From Patescibacteria group bacterium (GTDB lineage Bacteria; Patescibacteriota; Patescibacteriia; 2-01-FULL-39-33), in assembly GCA_041662745.1 (NCBI GenBank), contig JBAZRV010000003.1, positions 1 through 32,000 of the forward strand: 32,000 nt of DNA. The letters are read 5' to 3'. Position 1 is the first letter of the stretch. The number at the start of each line of letters is the position of its first letter. The notes beneath the pieces are model-generated. The model made no database searches. It was not told the origin of the DNA and was given only the letters and a program-made list of their open reading frames with translations. The position numbers and the translations under genes were made by a program. Positions 1 to 8,238 of the stretch are shown one piece after another.

Positions 1-2853
1 ACGGAACGGACAAAAAAACAAAATCAAAATTTATTAACCGCAGGCCGCCAGAATCCAGCCAGCCAAAGAAGCCAATTACACAAACTTAATTACAGACCCT
101 TTCCTGTCGGTCTTTGGCTGGCGGTTCCGGCGCAAGCGGCTACGATTATCAATCATCCGGACAACTCGGCTATTGCCGTTAACACCACTTGGCATGACGG
201 CGAGGTCCATGTGATTGCCGATGGCGCTACTTTCTGGGTTAACCCTAATGCTAAATTGGTTATTGAAGCGGGGGTGGTGCTGAAAGTCGGCTACAATTCC
301 GTTATCAGGGTTAATGGCGATTTGGCCGTCAAGGGCACGGCCGATAAGCTGGTGGAAATCGTTTCTTTGCGCGATGACACTGTCGCCGGCGATACGAATG
401 GCGATGGTTTGGCGACTGTTGCCAATCTTAACGATTGGCGAGGGATTATGCTGGAAGGTCACCGTTACAATTCCATAGTTAATGCGGAATTCAATTATGC
501 GGTCATTAAGCACGGCGGCCGGGGCTGGCCCAGGGGCATGGTTATTAATACAACCAAAGTTGCTTCATTGAAGATTGATCATTGCAATATTATTGATAAT
601 AGCGGTATTGTATTTATTGATGCCTCCTCCGGAAATGTCAGCATTCATAACTCTAATTTTTATAGTCCCGATTTTTGCGATTATAATGACAGCGTTAATT
701 TGTGCCATTGGGATAATGGCGTTACTAATTTTTCTTCTCAGACTACTGATTTAAGCAATAATTATTGGGGTTCGCCGGCCGGACCGACTTATACCACCGG
801 TCCCGACCCGACGGTTTTCACCGGTGTGGTTTTGGGCAATCCGGTTAACGGCAATGTGATTTACCAGCCGTTTGCCACTCAACCATTTGTTTTTGGCGTT
901 AAAGAGTTGAACCCGGTAATATTGATACCTGGTATTATGGGCAGTTGGAACGTTTCCGGCCAGTGGCGGTTGGATCCGGTTTTACACACCTATGACGATT
1001 TGTGGGCCGCGCTTCAGGTCGCCGGATATGAAGAAGGCAAGACTTTATTTGCCTTGCCCTATGAATGGCGACACTCCAATTTGGATACCATGACGCATTT
1101 GCGCGATAAGATTAATGAGGTAAAAGAGATTTGCCAATGCGACAAAGTTGATTTGATCGGCCATTCCATGGGCGGATTGGTAGCGCGCGCCTATATTGAG
1201 GGGCCGTTTTACGGCGATGATGTGGATAAGGTGGTATTTTTGGCCACGCCGCATCGCGGTGCCACTAAAACTTATTTAATGTGGGAAGGGGGAAGTGTTG
1301 GAATAATGTGGTTTGATCAAATACTACAAAGAATTTTTGATGTCGAGGCAGAATCAAATGGCTACGGTTATATTTCCCAGTATCTCAAGAATTATCCTAT
1401 TTTGTCGGTTAAAGAGCTTTTGCCGATTTATGATTATTTGCGCGACAAGGCAACCGGATTATTAAGAAATTATCCTGACAATTATCCGCGCAATGAGTTC
1501 TTGGAATTTTTGAATTCGCCTGACGCCTTGGCAAAACTGAGCGCCGTTAAAATTTTTAATTTTATCGCCAACAGCGGAGATGACAGCACTGTTGATTCTT
1601 TGCGCGTAGTTTCCAGCTCCAGCGCTTTTAGTGAATGGGAATACGGTTATCCGGAAAATTATGATTCTTTTTTCGGTGATCATGGTTTGGAGTATAACGC
1701 CGGCGACACCACCGTACCGCAAAGAAGCAATATTGATTTCGCCGGCGCTGAAAATATTTTTATAAATAGTGATCATACCAGCATCATTACTGACGCGCAG
1801 AAGGCTGTAATCAAAGACTTGACCGGCATTGAGCCGACACAGGAAATAAGGCAGAATCTAATACGGAAAGTTTTTATGGTTAGGATTTTTTCTCCGGCTG
1901 ATTTTTTGATTGTCGCGCCGGACGGCAAGCGTTTAGGCCGCGATAGCCAGACCGGTCAGGATGTTTCAGAAATTTCCGGCGCTTATTATTCGGGCAGCGC
2001 CGGCGGACCGGAGTATGCCATTATTCCCGAACCGTTAGCCGGCGATTATCGGATCGGGTTATCGGGCACGGGCAATGGCGAATACCGATTAAGCGCCAGT
2101 CTTATCAGCGATGCCATATCCGCAGACAACGATTTCAGCGGTCAGATCGTTACGGGTCAAAGCAGGGATTTTGTTGTCAGTTATTCGGACGCGGCAGGAG
2201 CTGGCGAACTTAAGCCTCAAGACAATACTCCGCCGATTATAACTATCATGAGTCCTGATGCTGTCTCCGCTTATCTTCGCCGTAGCGAGCTCAAGCTTGA
2301 TTATGCGGTTAGCGATGATTTTTCCGGTGTCGGCGAAATTGCCCTTGCCATTGACGGACAAGCCATTGCCACTGCAACTGTTGATTTGTCGGCCTATGTT
2401 GCCGGCCAACACTTGCTGAGTGTTACGGCGCGCGATTTGGCTGGCAACGAGGCAACAGCCACAACGGTCTTTATCGTGTCTGCCTCCATTGTTTCCGCCA
2501 TAGCGGATATCAATGATTTTTACAGCCAGGGCTTGATCAGCAAGAAAAATCAGAATTTGCTTGCCAATCCTTTGGAATTATTGCAAGTAAAGTTCAGGGT
2601 TAACGATTTGGCCTTATTTTTAGCTCAAAGAGCTCGTGATTTGTTGGCTGACAATGATAAATTAAAACCGGCGGTTAAGGAAAAGTTATTAGGCGAAGCT
2701 GATAAGGCCATAGAAAAAATAAAGACGAACAGGCGGGAAATAATAACTAAACAGCTGGATATTTTTGATAAGCGACTGGACGAAGAAATGATTGCCGGTC
2801 AAGTTTATGATATACTTAAGGCAGACAGTATTTATTTAAGAAATAATCTATAA
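1..2853 (+). CDS. Secreted multidomain protein, 5'-truncated by the window edge: signal-peptide-like AQA/A, parallel beta-helix region, LCAT/PGAP1-like alpha/beta-hydrolase (lipase), Ig-like domain, charged helical C-terminus
   Basis: Frame 1 is open from base 1; the track start at 211 is an internal GTG. Motifs: LWLAVPAQAAT, NNYWGSPAGP (beta-helix), NPVILIPGIMGSW, DLIGHSMGGLVARAY (Ser codon 1165-1167), GDTTVP (Asp codon 1705-1707), DHTSI (His codon 1774-1776), Ig-like DYAVSDDFSGVGEIALAIDG. Confidence 0.8.
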   Translation, partial: TERTKKQNQNLLTAGRQNPASQRSQLHKLNYRPFPVGLWLAVPAQAATIINHPDNSAIAVNTTWHDGEVHVIADGATFWVNPNAKLVIEAGVVLKVGYNSVIRVNGDLAVKGTADKLVEIVSLRDDTVAGDTNGDGLATVANLNDWRGIMLEGHRYNSIVNAEFNYAVIKHGGRGWPRGMVINTTKVASLKIDHCNIIDNSGIVFIDASSGNVSIHNSNFYSPDFCDYNDSVNLCHWDNGVTNFSSQTTDLSNNYWGSPAGPTYTTGPDPTVFTGVVLGNPVNGNVIYQPFATQPFVFGVKELNPVILIPGIMGSWNVSGQWRLDPVLHTYDDLWAALQVAGYEEGKTLFALPYEWRHSNLDTMTHLRDKINEVKEICQCDKVDLIGHSMGGLVARAYIEGPFYGDDVDKVVFLATPHRGATKTYLMWEGGSVGIMWFDQILQRIFDVEAESNGYGYISQYLKNYPILSVKELLPIYDYLRDKATGLLRNYPDNYPRNEFLEFLNSPDALAKLSAVKIFNFIANSGDDSTVDSLRVVSSSSAFSEWEYGYPENYDSFFGDHGLEYNAGDTTVPQRSNIDFAGAENIFINSDHTSIITDAQKAVIKDLTGIEPTQEIRQNLIRKVFMVRIFSPADFLIVAPDGKRLGRDSQTGQDVSEISGAYYSGSAGGPEYAIIPEPLAGDYRIGLSGTGNGEYRLSASLISDAISADNDFSGQIVTGQSRDFVVSYSDAAGAGELKPQDNTPPIITIMSPDAVSAYLRRSELKLDYAVSDDFSGVGEIALAIDGQAIATATVDLSAYVAGQHLLSVTARDLAGNEATATTVFIVSASIVSAIADINDFYSQGLISKKNQNLLANPLELLQVKFRVNDLALFLAQRARDLLADNDKLKPAVKEKLLGEADKAIEKIKTNRREIITKQLDIFDKRLDEEMIAGQVYDILKADSIYLRNNL

Positions 2854-2857
2854 AAAT

Positions 2858-3247
2858 ATGAACAGTAAAAGTAAGAATTGGTTATTGATTTTATTTGCAG
2901 TTGTACTAGTAATAATTTCAACTCCGATTTTTGGTTTGTTTTATAAGTTGTATTTTGGACCAGTTACGGGCGGATTTTTTTGGGGGCCAAGTCATCAAGA
3001 AAATATACCTGGATTTTTTATGAGTTATGTTTTTGTAGTTACTGTGATTAGCACTGTATTTATAAGCAGGAATAAATACAAAATTATTTTTGCTCTGTTA
3101 ATTATCCCATTTTTATTAATTATTACTTTTAGATTAGGAAATGATTTAGTTATAGATTCAATCTTAGTTTTTTTTGGCTGGTTAATTGGTGAAGGTGTTT
3201 TGCGTTTATATCAAGTATACCAAGCGTCAAAGAATAAGAAAAAATAG
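2858..3247 (+). CDS. Small multi-pass membrane protein, unknown function
   Basis: 129 aa with several hydrophobic segments; ATG 4 nt after the preceding stop; looks more AT-rich than its neighbours. Confidence 0.65.
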   Translation: MNSKSKNWLLILFAVVLVIISTPIFGLFYKLYFGPVTGGFFWGPSHQENIPGFFMSYVFVVTVISTVFISRNKYKIIFALLIIPFLLIITFRLGNDLVIDSILVFFGWLIGEGVLRLYQVYQASKNKKK

Positions 3248-3260
3248 CGTTGAACATAAT

Positions 3261-3292
3261 GCCTGCCGTTAGTTTGACCGCTAATGGCAGGC
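3261..3292. other. Hairpin-forming inverted repeat GCCTGCCGTTA-N10-TAATGGCAGGC
   Basis: 11-bp stem with one G.U pair and no T-tract; lies between the preceding ORF and the metK promoter. Confidence 0.5.
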
Positions 3293-3318
3293 GAGCAATA
3301 TTGAGGTTAAAATATAAT

Positions 3319-3347
3319 TTGACGGAAAAATTCAACAGTGCTATAAT
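3319..3347 (+). promoter_or_regulatory. Sigma70-type promoter for metK: TTGACG-17-TATAAT
   Basis: -35 at 3319-3324, 17-nt spacer, -10 at 3342-3347. Confidence 0.85.
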
Positions 3348-3366
3348 GCAATTGACAACTGAATAA

Positions 3367-3464
3367 TTATCAAGAGTGCGGTGAGGGATCCAGCCCGATG
3401 AGCCGCCGACAACCGCCGAATTATCGGAAAGGTGCCAATTCTGGCCCAGTAATGGGGGAGATAA
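3367..3464 (+). promoter_or_regulatory. SAM-I (S-box) riboswitch aptamer upstream of metK
   Basis: TTATCAAGAGtGCGGTGAGGGATCCAGCCCGATGAGCCGCCGACAACCG...GGAAAGGTGCCAATTCTGG...GAGATAA. Contains AUCAAGAG, GAGGGA, CCCGAUGA, CAACC, AAGGUGC-AAUUC; P1 = TTATC/GATAA; metK is directly downstream. Confidence 0.95.
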
Positions 3465-3477
3465 GTTTTACGATTTT

Positions 3478-3506
3478 ATTCTTCCTCAAAAGGGAAGGAT
3501 TTTTTT
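3478..3506 (+). terminator. Intrinsic terminator = expression platform of the SAM-I riboswitch
   Basis: ATTCTTCCT-CAAAA-GGGAAGGAT then TTTTTT. The alternative pairing GGGAGATAAG (3456-3465) with TTTTATTCTTCC (3474-3485) is a plausible antiterminator. Confidence 0.9.
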
Positions 3507-3527
3507 ATAAAAAATAATATAAAACCT

Positions 3528-4679
3528 ATGACCAAGACCATTCTTAAGACTTGCGAATCGGTGTGCGCCGGCCACCCGGACAAAATTTGCGATCAAATCA
3601 GCGATGCTGTTTTAGACGCCTGTCTATCCCAGGATCCAAGCTCTCGCGTCGCTTGCGAATGCTTGATCAAGGATGACAATCTGATTATGGCCGGAGAAAT
3701 CACCAGTAACGCGCAGGTTGATTATGTCGGAATCGCCAAGCAGACGCTTAAAGAAATCGGTTACACGCCGGAAGAGGTGGACGGTTTTAAAATTCAATCG
3801 CTTATCAGCAAGCAATCGCCGGACATTGCTCAAGGCGTGGACGCCGGCGGAGCGGGGGATCAAGGCATGATGTACGGTTACGCCTCGGCGGAAACCGAAG
3901 AGTTGTTGCCCTTGCCCTTGGTTTTGGCTCATAATCTCTGTCGGAAGTTGGCTGACTTGCGCCAATCGGATCAGAACAGTCCGCTTAAGCCGGATGGCAA
4001 GGCGCAGGTGACTATCAGATATGAAAACGGCCGACCCGTAGCCGCTGATGCCATCGTCGTCTCCACCCAGCATTCCGCGGAAATCAGCCAGTATGATTTG
4101 GAGCAATATGTTTTGAAAAATGTGATTATTCCCGTGGCCGGAGATTGGCTGGTGGCCGGCTTGACCGTTAATCCGCATCTGAAAAAGTCATTGGCCGAAC
4201 CGACCAAAATTTTTATCAACCCGACCGGACGGTTTGAAGTGGGCGGTCCGTTCGGCGATTGCGGAGTTACCGGCAGGAAAATCGTTGTGGACACATACGG
4301 CGGTATCGGCCGAGTGGGTGGCGGAGCTTTTTCCGGCAAGGATCCGTCCAAAGTTGATCGCAGTGCCGCTTATATGGCGCGTTACCTGGCAAAAAAATTA
4401 GTGTCGCTCGGTTATGGCGATGAAATTGAAGTCCGTTTGGCTTATGCCATCGGCGTGGCCCAGCCGATTGACGTTTCAGTGGATGTTATTACGTCCGTCG
4501 CCGAAGATTCATTAAATCTAAAAGCCAAACCGGCGCTTGATCCCGTGGCTTATATTTTGGCCAACTTTGATTTGTCTCCCGCCGGCATCATCAAATTATT
4601 GGATTTAAGACAGCCGGTTTATCGCCAGACAGCCGCTTACGGTCATTTTGGCCGGTCGGAATTCAGCTGGGAGAAATGA
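3528..4679 (+). CDS. metK: S-adenosylmethionine synthetase
   Basis: 383 aa; ESVCAGHPDKICDQISDAVLDA, GAGDQGMMYGYA, NPTGRFEVGGPFGDCGVTGRKI, DTYGG. Confidence 0.98.
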   Translation: MTKTILKTCESVCAGHPDKICDQISDAVLDACLSQDPSSRVACECLIKDDNLIMAGEITSNAQVDYVGIAKQTLKEIGYTPEEVDGFKIQSLISKQSPDIAQGVDAGGAGDQGMMYGYASAETEELLPLPLVLAHNLCRKLADLRQSDQNSPLKPDGKAQVTIRYENGRPVAADAIVVSTQHSAEISQYDLEQYVLKNVIIPVAGDWLVAGLTVNPHLKKSLAEPTKIFINPTGRFEVGGPFGDCGVTGRKIVVDTYGGIGRVGGGAFSGKDPSKVDRSAAYMARYLAKKLVSLGYGDEIEVRLAYAIGVAQPIDVSVDVITSVAEDSLNLKAKPALDPVAYILANFDLSPAGIIKLLDLRQPVYRQTAAYGHFGRSEFSWEK

Positions 4680-4748
4680 AGTTGATCCCGCCGCCAAGCG
4701 GTCGGGGCATCAGGATTTTGATTTGATGTATTGCGCGCTGATTTTTTA

Positions 4749-4779
4749 TGGTATAATTACAATATAACTTGTAATTATA
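4749..4779 (+). promoter_or_regulatory. Extended -10 promoter (TGGTATAAT) overlapping a perfect 11-bp dyad TATAATTACAA-TATAAC-TTGTAATTATA
   Basis: -10 at 4752-4757; inverted repeat arms 4752-4762 and 4769-4779; the right arm ends on the A of the downstream ATG. Confidence 0.65.
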
Positions 4780-5441
4780 TGAAAAAAAATTTAATTTTAG
4801 TTTTAGTGGCGGCGGGGTTGCTGACGGCCGTTTCGGTTAGCGCCCATCAGTCGCGTTTGGCTTATCGGATGACGGCGGCCAAAGATGCGCCCATTGTTAT
4901 TACTAATGCCGATGTCTCGCAAGCATTCTACGGCCAACTTAAGGGGGAGATTGATTATTATGATTTACAGCTGGCCTCGCCGTTAGATTTCTATTTTCAA
5001 ATTTTAGTGCCTGATATCGCCGATATTCGCACCAGTCTGATAGCGCAACTAAACGATAGCAATGGCAAGCCGCTAGCAGTCTTGAACGGGCTGGGTTATC
5101 CTTGGCAGAAATTCCATGAGGATTTCGCCGGCGATGATTATTTGCAGGGGCCGGAAAAAAAGATCAGTTTGCCGGCCGGCGATTACCGCCTCATGGTTTC
5201 CAGCCCCAACAATCTGGGTAAGTATGTATTGGTGGTAGGAGAGAAAGAATCATTCCCGTTGGGCGAGTCATTGAAGACGTTACGGCTCTTGCCCGGATTG
5301 AAAAAGTTTTTCAATAAGCCGCTGTGGGCGATTTATGAGGGTCGCATCGGTTCCGGCTTGCTTGTCGCCACCTTAATCGTTTTGGCAGTAATTCTCTTGA
5401 TTGTCGGTTTTGTCTTATTTGAGCGGCGCAAAAAAAAGTAG
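4779..5441 (+). CDS. Exported protein with signal peptide and C-terminal transmembrane anchor, unknown function
   Basis: MKKNLILVLVAAGLLTAVSVSAHQ...; C-terminal GSGLLVATLIVLAVILLIVGFVLFERRKKK. Start trimmed from the track start at 4731. Confidence 0.75.
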   Translation: MKKNLILVLVAAGLLTAVSVSAHQSRLAYRMTAAKDAPIVITNADVSQAFYGQLKGEIDYYDLQLASPLDFYFQILVPDIADIRTSLIAQLNDSNGKPLAVLNGLGYPWQKFHEDFAGDDYLQGPEKKISLPAGDYRLMVSSPNNLGKYVLVVGEKESFPLGESLKTLRLLPGLKKFFNKPLWAIYEGRIGSGLLVATLIVLAVILLIVGFVLFERRKKK

Positions 5442-5455
5442 AAATGACTGATTTT

Positions 5456-5486
5456 AACTCCGGCCGGCCAAAGCCGGAGTTTGTTT
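5456..5486 (+). terminator. Intrinsic terminator
   Basis: AACTCCGGC-CGGCCAAA-GCCGGAGTT followed by TGTTTT. Confidence 0.75.
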
Positions 5487-5534
5487 TAAGGTTAGTTGCC
5501 AAAATAATGCCTTTTTGTTAAACTTTATCCTGTT

Positions 5535-6254
5535 ATGGCTAATTCTGAATTACCGCGATTAAAATGCAGTCTGCGCCGTCTGGCCAGCCCGGCCAAAGCC
5601 GCCATTCTGTCGCGGTTTTTTAAAACCGGCCAGGGACAGTATGGTGAGGGTGATAAATTTCTTGGCGTAGCGGTGCCGGAGCAGAGAAAATTGGCGCGTC
5701 AGTGCAATCAGCTGGCTTTAAGCGATTTGGAAAAATTACTGCACAGCGGAATCCATGAAGAACGCCTGACCGCTTTGATTATTTTGGCTGATCAATTTAA
5801 GCGTGGCGACAGTAAAATCCAAGGGAAAATTTTTAAACTGTATCTTAAGAACACCCGCTATATTAATAATTGGGATTTGGTAGATTTGAGCGCGCCCAAT
5901 ATCGTCGGCGCTTGGTTATATCGGCGCGATCGTAGGATTTTGTATCGTTTGGCCGAATCAAAGTTGCTATGGGACAGGCGTATTGCCATGTTAGCCACAT
6001 TCTACTTTATTTGCCGAGGCGATTGCGTTGATACCATAAAAATCGCTAAGATTCTTTTGACTGATCAGCATGACTTGATACATAAGGCCGTCGGCTGGAT
6101 GTTAAGGGAGGTAGGCAAGCGAGGCAACGAAAAAGAATTGAAATTTTTTTTGGATCAGCATTCAGCTCGGATGCCGCGAACGATGTTGCGTTATGCCATT
6201 GAGCGATTGCCAACCGGGGAGCGCAAGAAATATTTAGCCAACAAGGAGGTTTAA
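5535..6254 (+). CDS. AlkD-like DNA alkylation repair protein (HEAT-like repeats)
   Basis: KFLGVAVPEQRKLARQC..., NNWDLVDLSAPNIVGAWL, HKAVGWMLREVGKR. Confidence 0.88.
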   Translation: MANSELPRLKCSLRRLASPAKAAILSRFFKTGQGQYGEGDKFLGVAVPEQRKLARQCNQLALSDLEKLLHSGIHEERLTALIILADQFKRGDSKIQGKIFKLYLKNTRYINNWDLVDLSAPNIVGAWLYRRDRRILYRLAESKLLWDRRIAMLATFYFICRGDCVDTIKIAKILLTDQHDLIHKAVGWMLREVGKRGNEKELKFFLDQHSARMPRTMLRYAIERLPTGERKKYLANKEV

Positions 6255-6257
6255 AAT

Positions 6258-6929
6258 ATGAAAGTAAAAGCATCATTGCATGTGCACACTAAGGAGGATG
6301 TCCAAGACGGCAAGATAATCAATTACACCACCCAAGAGGTGATTGATCGGGCCGCTGTTTTGGATTTTAAGGTTTTAGCCGTGACCAACCATGATAAATT
6401 CGTCTGCGATCCCGTCATGGTGGCCTATGCCAAGACCAAAGGCATTTTGCTTTTGCCGGGGGTTGAAGTCCGCCTGAAGCGCAAGCACATGCTGATTTTA
6501 AATTGCGGTGCCGAAGCCGATGAAGTGGCTGACTTTGATCGGTTGGCCAAATGGCGACAGGAGCATCCCGAGTCTTTTATTATCGTACCCCATCCCAATC
6601 ATGGTATGGGGGTATCGTTGGGACTTAAGGATTTACGTCGTTATCATGATCTTTTTGACGCGGTGGAGCATAGTTGGTTTTATAGCAGATGGCTTAATCC
6701 CAACAAAAAAATTGAACGGGCGTGTGAAGAATTGCATAAGCCGTTTATCGCCACCTCCGATCTGCACACCATGGATTATTTAGCCGGCGATTACGCTGTT
6801 TTGGATGTGCCGGAATTAACTCCGGAAGCGGTTTTTACGGCTATTAGAAATGGTGATTTTTTAAACGTCAGCCAGTCCAAAACATTATGGGAGCTGATTC
6901 GGTTCAGCGTTTGGATGGGGTTGCATTAG
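6258..6929 (+). CDS. PHP-domain metal-dependent phosphoesterase
   Basis: SLHVHTKEDVQDG, LAVTNHDKF, PGVEVR, VPHPNHG, SDLHTMD; SD AAGGAGG at 6243-6249. Confidence 0.85.
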   Translation: MKVKASLHVHTKEDVQDGKIINYTTQEVIDRAAVLDFKVLAVTNHDKFVCDPVMVAYAKTKGILLLPGVEVRLKRKHMLILNCGAEADEVADFDRLAKWRQEHPESFIIVPHPNHGMGVSLGLKDLRRYHDLFDAVEHSWFYSRWLNPNKKIERACEELHKPFIATSDLHTMDYLAGDYAVLDVPELTPEAVFTAIRNGDFLNVSQSKTLWELIRFSVWMGLH

Positions 6930-6970
6930 TTCTTTATTCTATAATATTTTTACGGTTGTACAACTAAATT

Positions 6971-6995
6971 ATGACCCGCAAAACGGGTCATTTTT
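6971..6995 (+). terminator. Intrinsic terminator
   Basis: ATGACCCG-CAAAA-CGGGTCAT then TTTT. Confidence 0.85.
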
Positions 6996-7046
6996 GTTTA
7001 AATTTAGTTATATTATTGTTTTAAGGCGGTAGCTTTTTTATCCGGC

Positions 7047-7075
7047 TTGACTTTTATTGTTTGGTAGGCTATAAT
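7047..7075 (+). promoter_or_regulatory. Promoter TTGACT-17-TATAAT
   Basis: -35 at 7047-7052, -10 at 7070-7075; the -10 overlaps the ATG chosen by the ORF track at 7074. Confidence 0.85.
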
Positions 7076-7148
7076 GGCAGTCTGTTCTTTGAAAGTCGGT
7101 GTGGATAAGCAGTTGGAAGTGACCGCAAGGTCAAAGGAGGTGGCGTTA

Positions 7149-7586
7149 ATGCCTGATCATGAAAGAGTCAATGGGATACACCTGCGTTATTTAGTGATAG
7201 AAACGCTCAATATCATATTGCGCGGCGCCGGTATATCTGATCGCAAATTGCTGTTGAAGATGTATGAGATGGTAGTTGATGAAGATTTTCCGGCTAAATT
7301 GCGATTGGTTGAAGCCCAAGAAAGTTTTTTCCGTATTAAAATCGGGAACCTCTTTGAGTTGCGATTTGTGGATCGCGATAATCGAGTATCGGTTCATATT
7401 ATCAATAACCGGCGCAGTTTAACCATTGATTACGATGGTTGCCATTCCGGACAAATCAGGGCCCGACATTTAGTGGAAATCGCTCAATATTTTATTCAAT
7501 ATGCTAATGACCTTGATCCGAAAAAACGCAGCGATAAAACGACGCGGCAGAATCTTGAAGCCTTAGGCATAAGCGTTGACAGTTGA
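7149..7586 (+). CDS. Conserved-looking small protein of unknown function (start corrected from 7074)
   Basis: MPDHERVNGIHLRYLVIETLNII...; SD AGGAGG at 7135-7140, 8-nt spacer. Confidence 0.75.
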   Translation: MPDHERVNGIHLRYLVIETLNIILRGAGISDRKLLLKMYEMVVDEDFPAKLRLVEAQESFFRIKIGNLFELRFVDRDNRVSVHIINNRRSLTIDYDGCHSGQIRARHLVEIAQYFIQYANDLDPKKRSDKTTRQNLEALGISVDS

Positions 7587-7597
7587 TTGCTCTTTAG

Positions 7598-7623
7598 CCG
7601 TTCGGTAAAACCGAGCGGTTTTT
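7598..7623 (+). terminator. Intrinsic terminator
   Basis: CCGTTCGGT-AAA-ACCGAGCGG then TTTTTATTTTTT. Confidence 0.85.
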
Positions 7624-7653
7624 ATTTTTTTTAGACAGCGTTTCTTAAGAGCT

Positions 7654-7680
7654 AAAAAAAGGAAGCCTATTGCGGCTTCC
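7654..7680 (-). terminator. Intrinsic terminator for the minus-strand gene 7699-8238
   Basis: Minus strand: GGAAGCC-GCAATA-GGCTTCC-TTTTTTT. Confidence 0.9.
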
Positions 7681-7698
7681 GTTATAAAGTGCTTGAGG

Positions 7699-8238
7699 TT
7701 AAGGAAGCGGTTCATTGGCTCGCTCTTCCATTTTTCTAATAACCTTGGCGTAGCTCTTGCCCTCGTTGTCGGGAGTTAAAAGTTCCACCAAATAAACCGG
7801 TTTGCAAGCCATAAAAGCCATCCCCAGATCAAAGTGCGAGCCGGTTGATTTTGCATCCCAGAAAATGTGTACGCCCAAACATTTTTTCATAGCCTCGGCA
7901 TGGGCCAGGCAAATGTCCATTCCAACGGGGTCGTCCTGATTGACGTCGCGGGGCGGAAAATGGACTTTGAAGCCCTTCTCTTCTAATTTTCTGACATAAT
8001 CGCTTATTACCCGTTGTTGTTGTTCGGTAATATTGCGTACCGGACAGACTAGATAGATGAGATTATTATCAGCGGATGATTCCGGCTGTTGGCGTTTAGG
8101 CCCAGTCCAATAACTGCCCTTTAGGCGCAAATACGACCAACAAGCCAAAGCCAGGGCGTACAATAAAGCCAAGGGAAAGGTGGAGATATAACAGAGGGCG
8201 ACAAAAGCCGATAATACGATATAGTCGCTGATTTGCAT
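7699..8238 (-). CDS. N-terminally membrane-anchored nucleoside 2-deoxyribosyltransferase-like protein
   Basis: Hydrophobic N-terminus, then NLIYLVCPVRN...YVRKLEEKGFKVHFPPRD...ICLAHAEAMKKC...HIFWDAKSTGSHFDLGMAFM. SD AAGGGAGG at 8247-8254. Confidence 0.65.
   Translation of the reverse strand: MQISDYIVLSAFVALCYISTFPLALLYALALACWSYLRLKGSYWTGPKRQQPESSADNNLIYLVCPVRNITEQQQRVISDYVRKLEEKGFKVHFPPRDVNQDDPVGMDICLAHAEAMKKCLGVHIFWDAKSTGSHFDLGMAFMACKPVYLVELLTPDNEGKSYAKVIRKMEERANEPLP

Noticed and set aside
211-213. GTG 211 as the start of the lipase protein
   Set aside because: Frame 1 is open to base 1 and carries an AQA/A-like signal cleavage region upstream; the true start is outside the window.
76-513. 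Minus-strand 145-aa ORF under the beta-helix region
   Set aside because: Shadow of the repetitive beta-helix coding sequence; the plus-strand protein is clearly the coding one.
3624-4178. Long antisense ORFs within metK (3624-4178, 3971-4351), also within dnaX (27243-27902), uvrB and the VirD4-like gene
   Set aside because: They overlap confidently identified genes, lack recognisable domains or SD sites, and look like shadow ORFs.
6504-6783. Plus-strand ORF 6508-6783 within the PHP gene
   Set aside because: Overlaps the well-supported PHP coding frame; no independent support.
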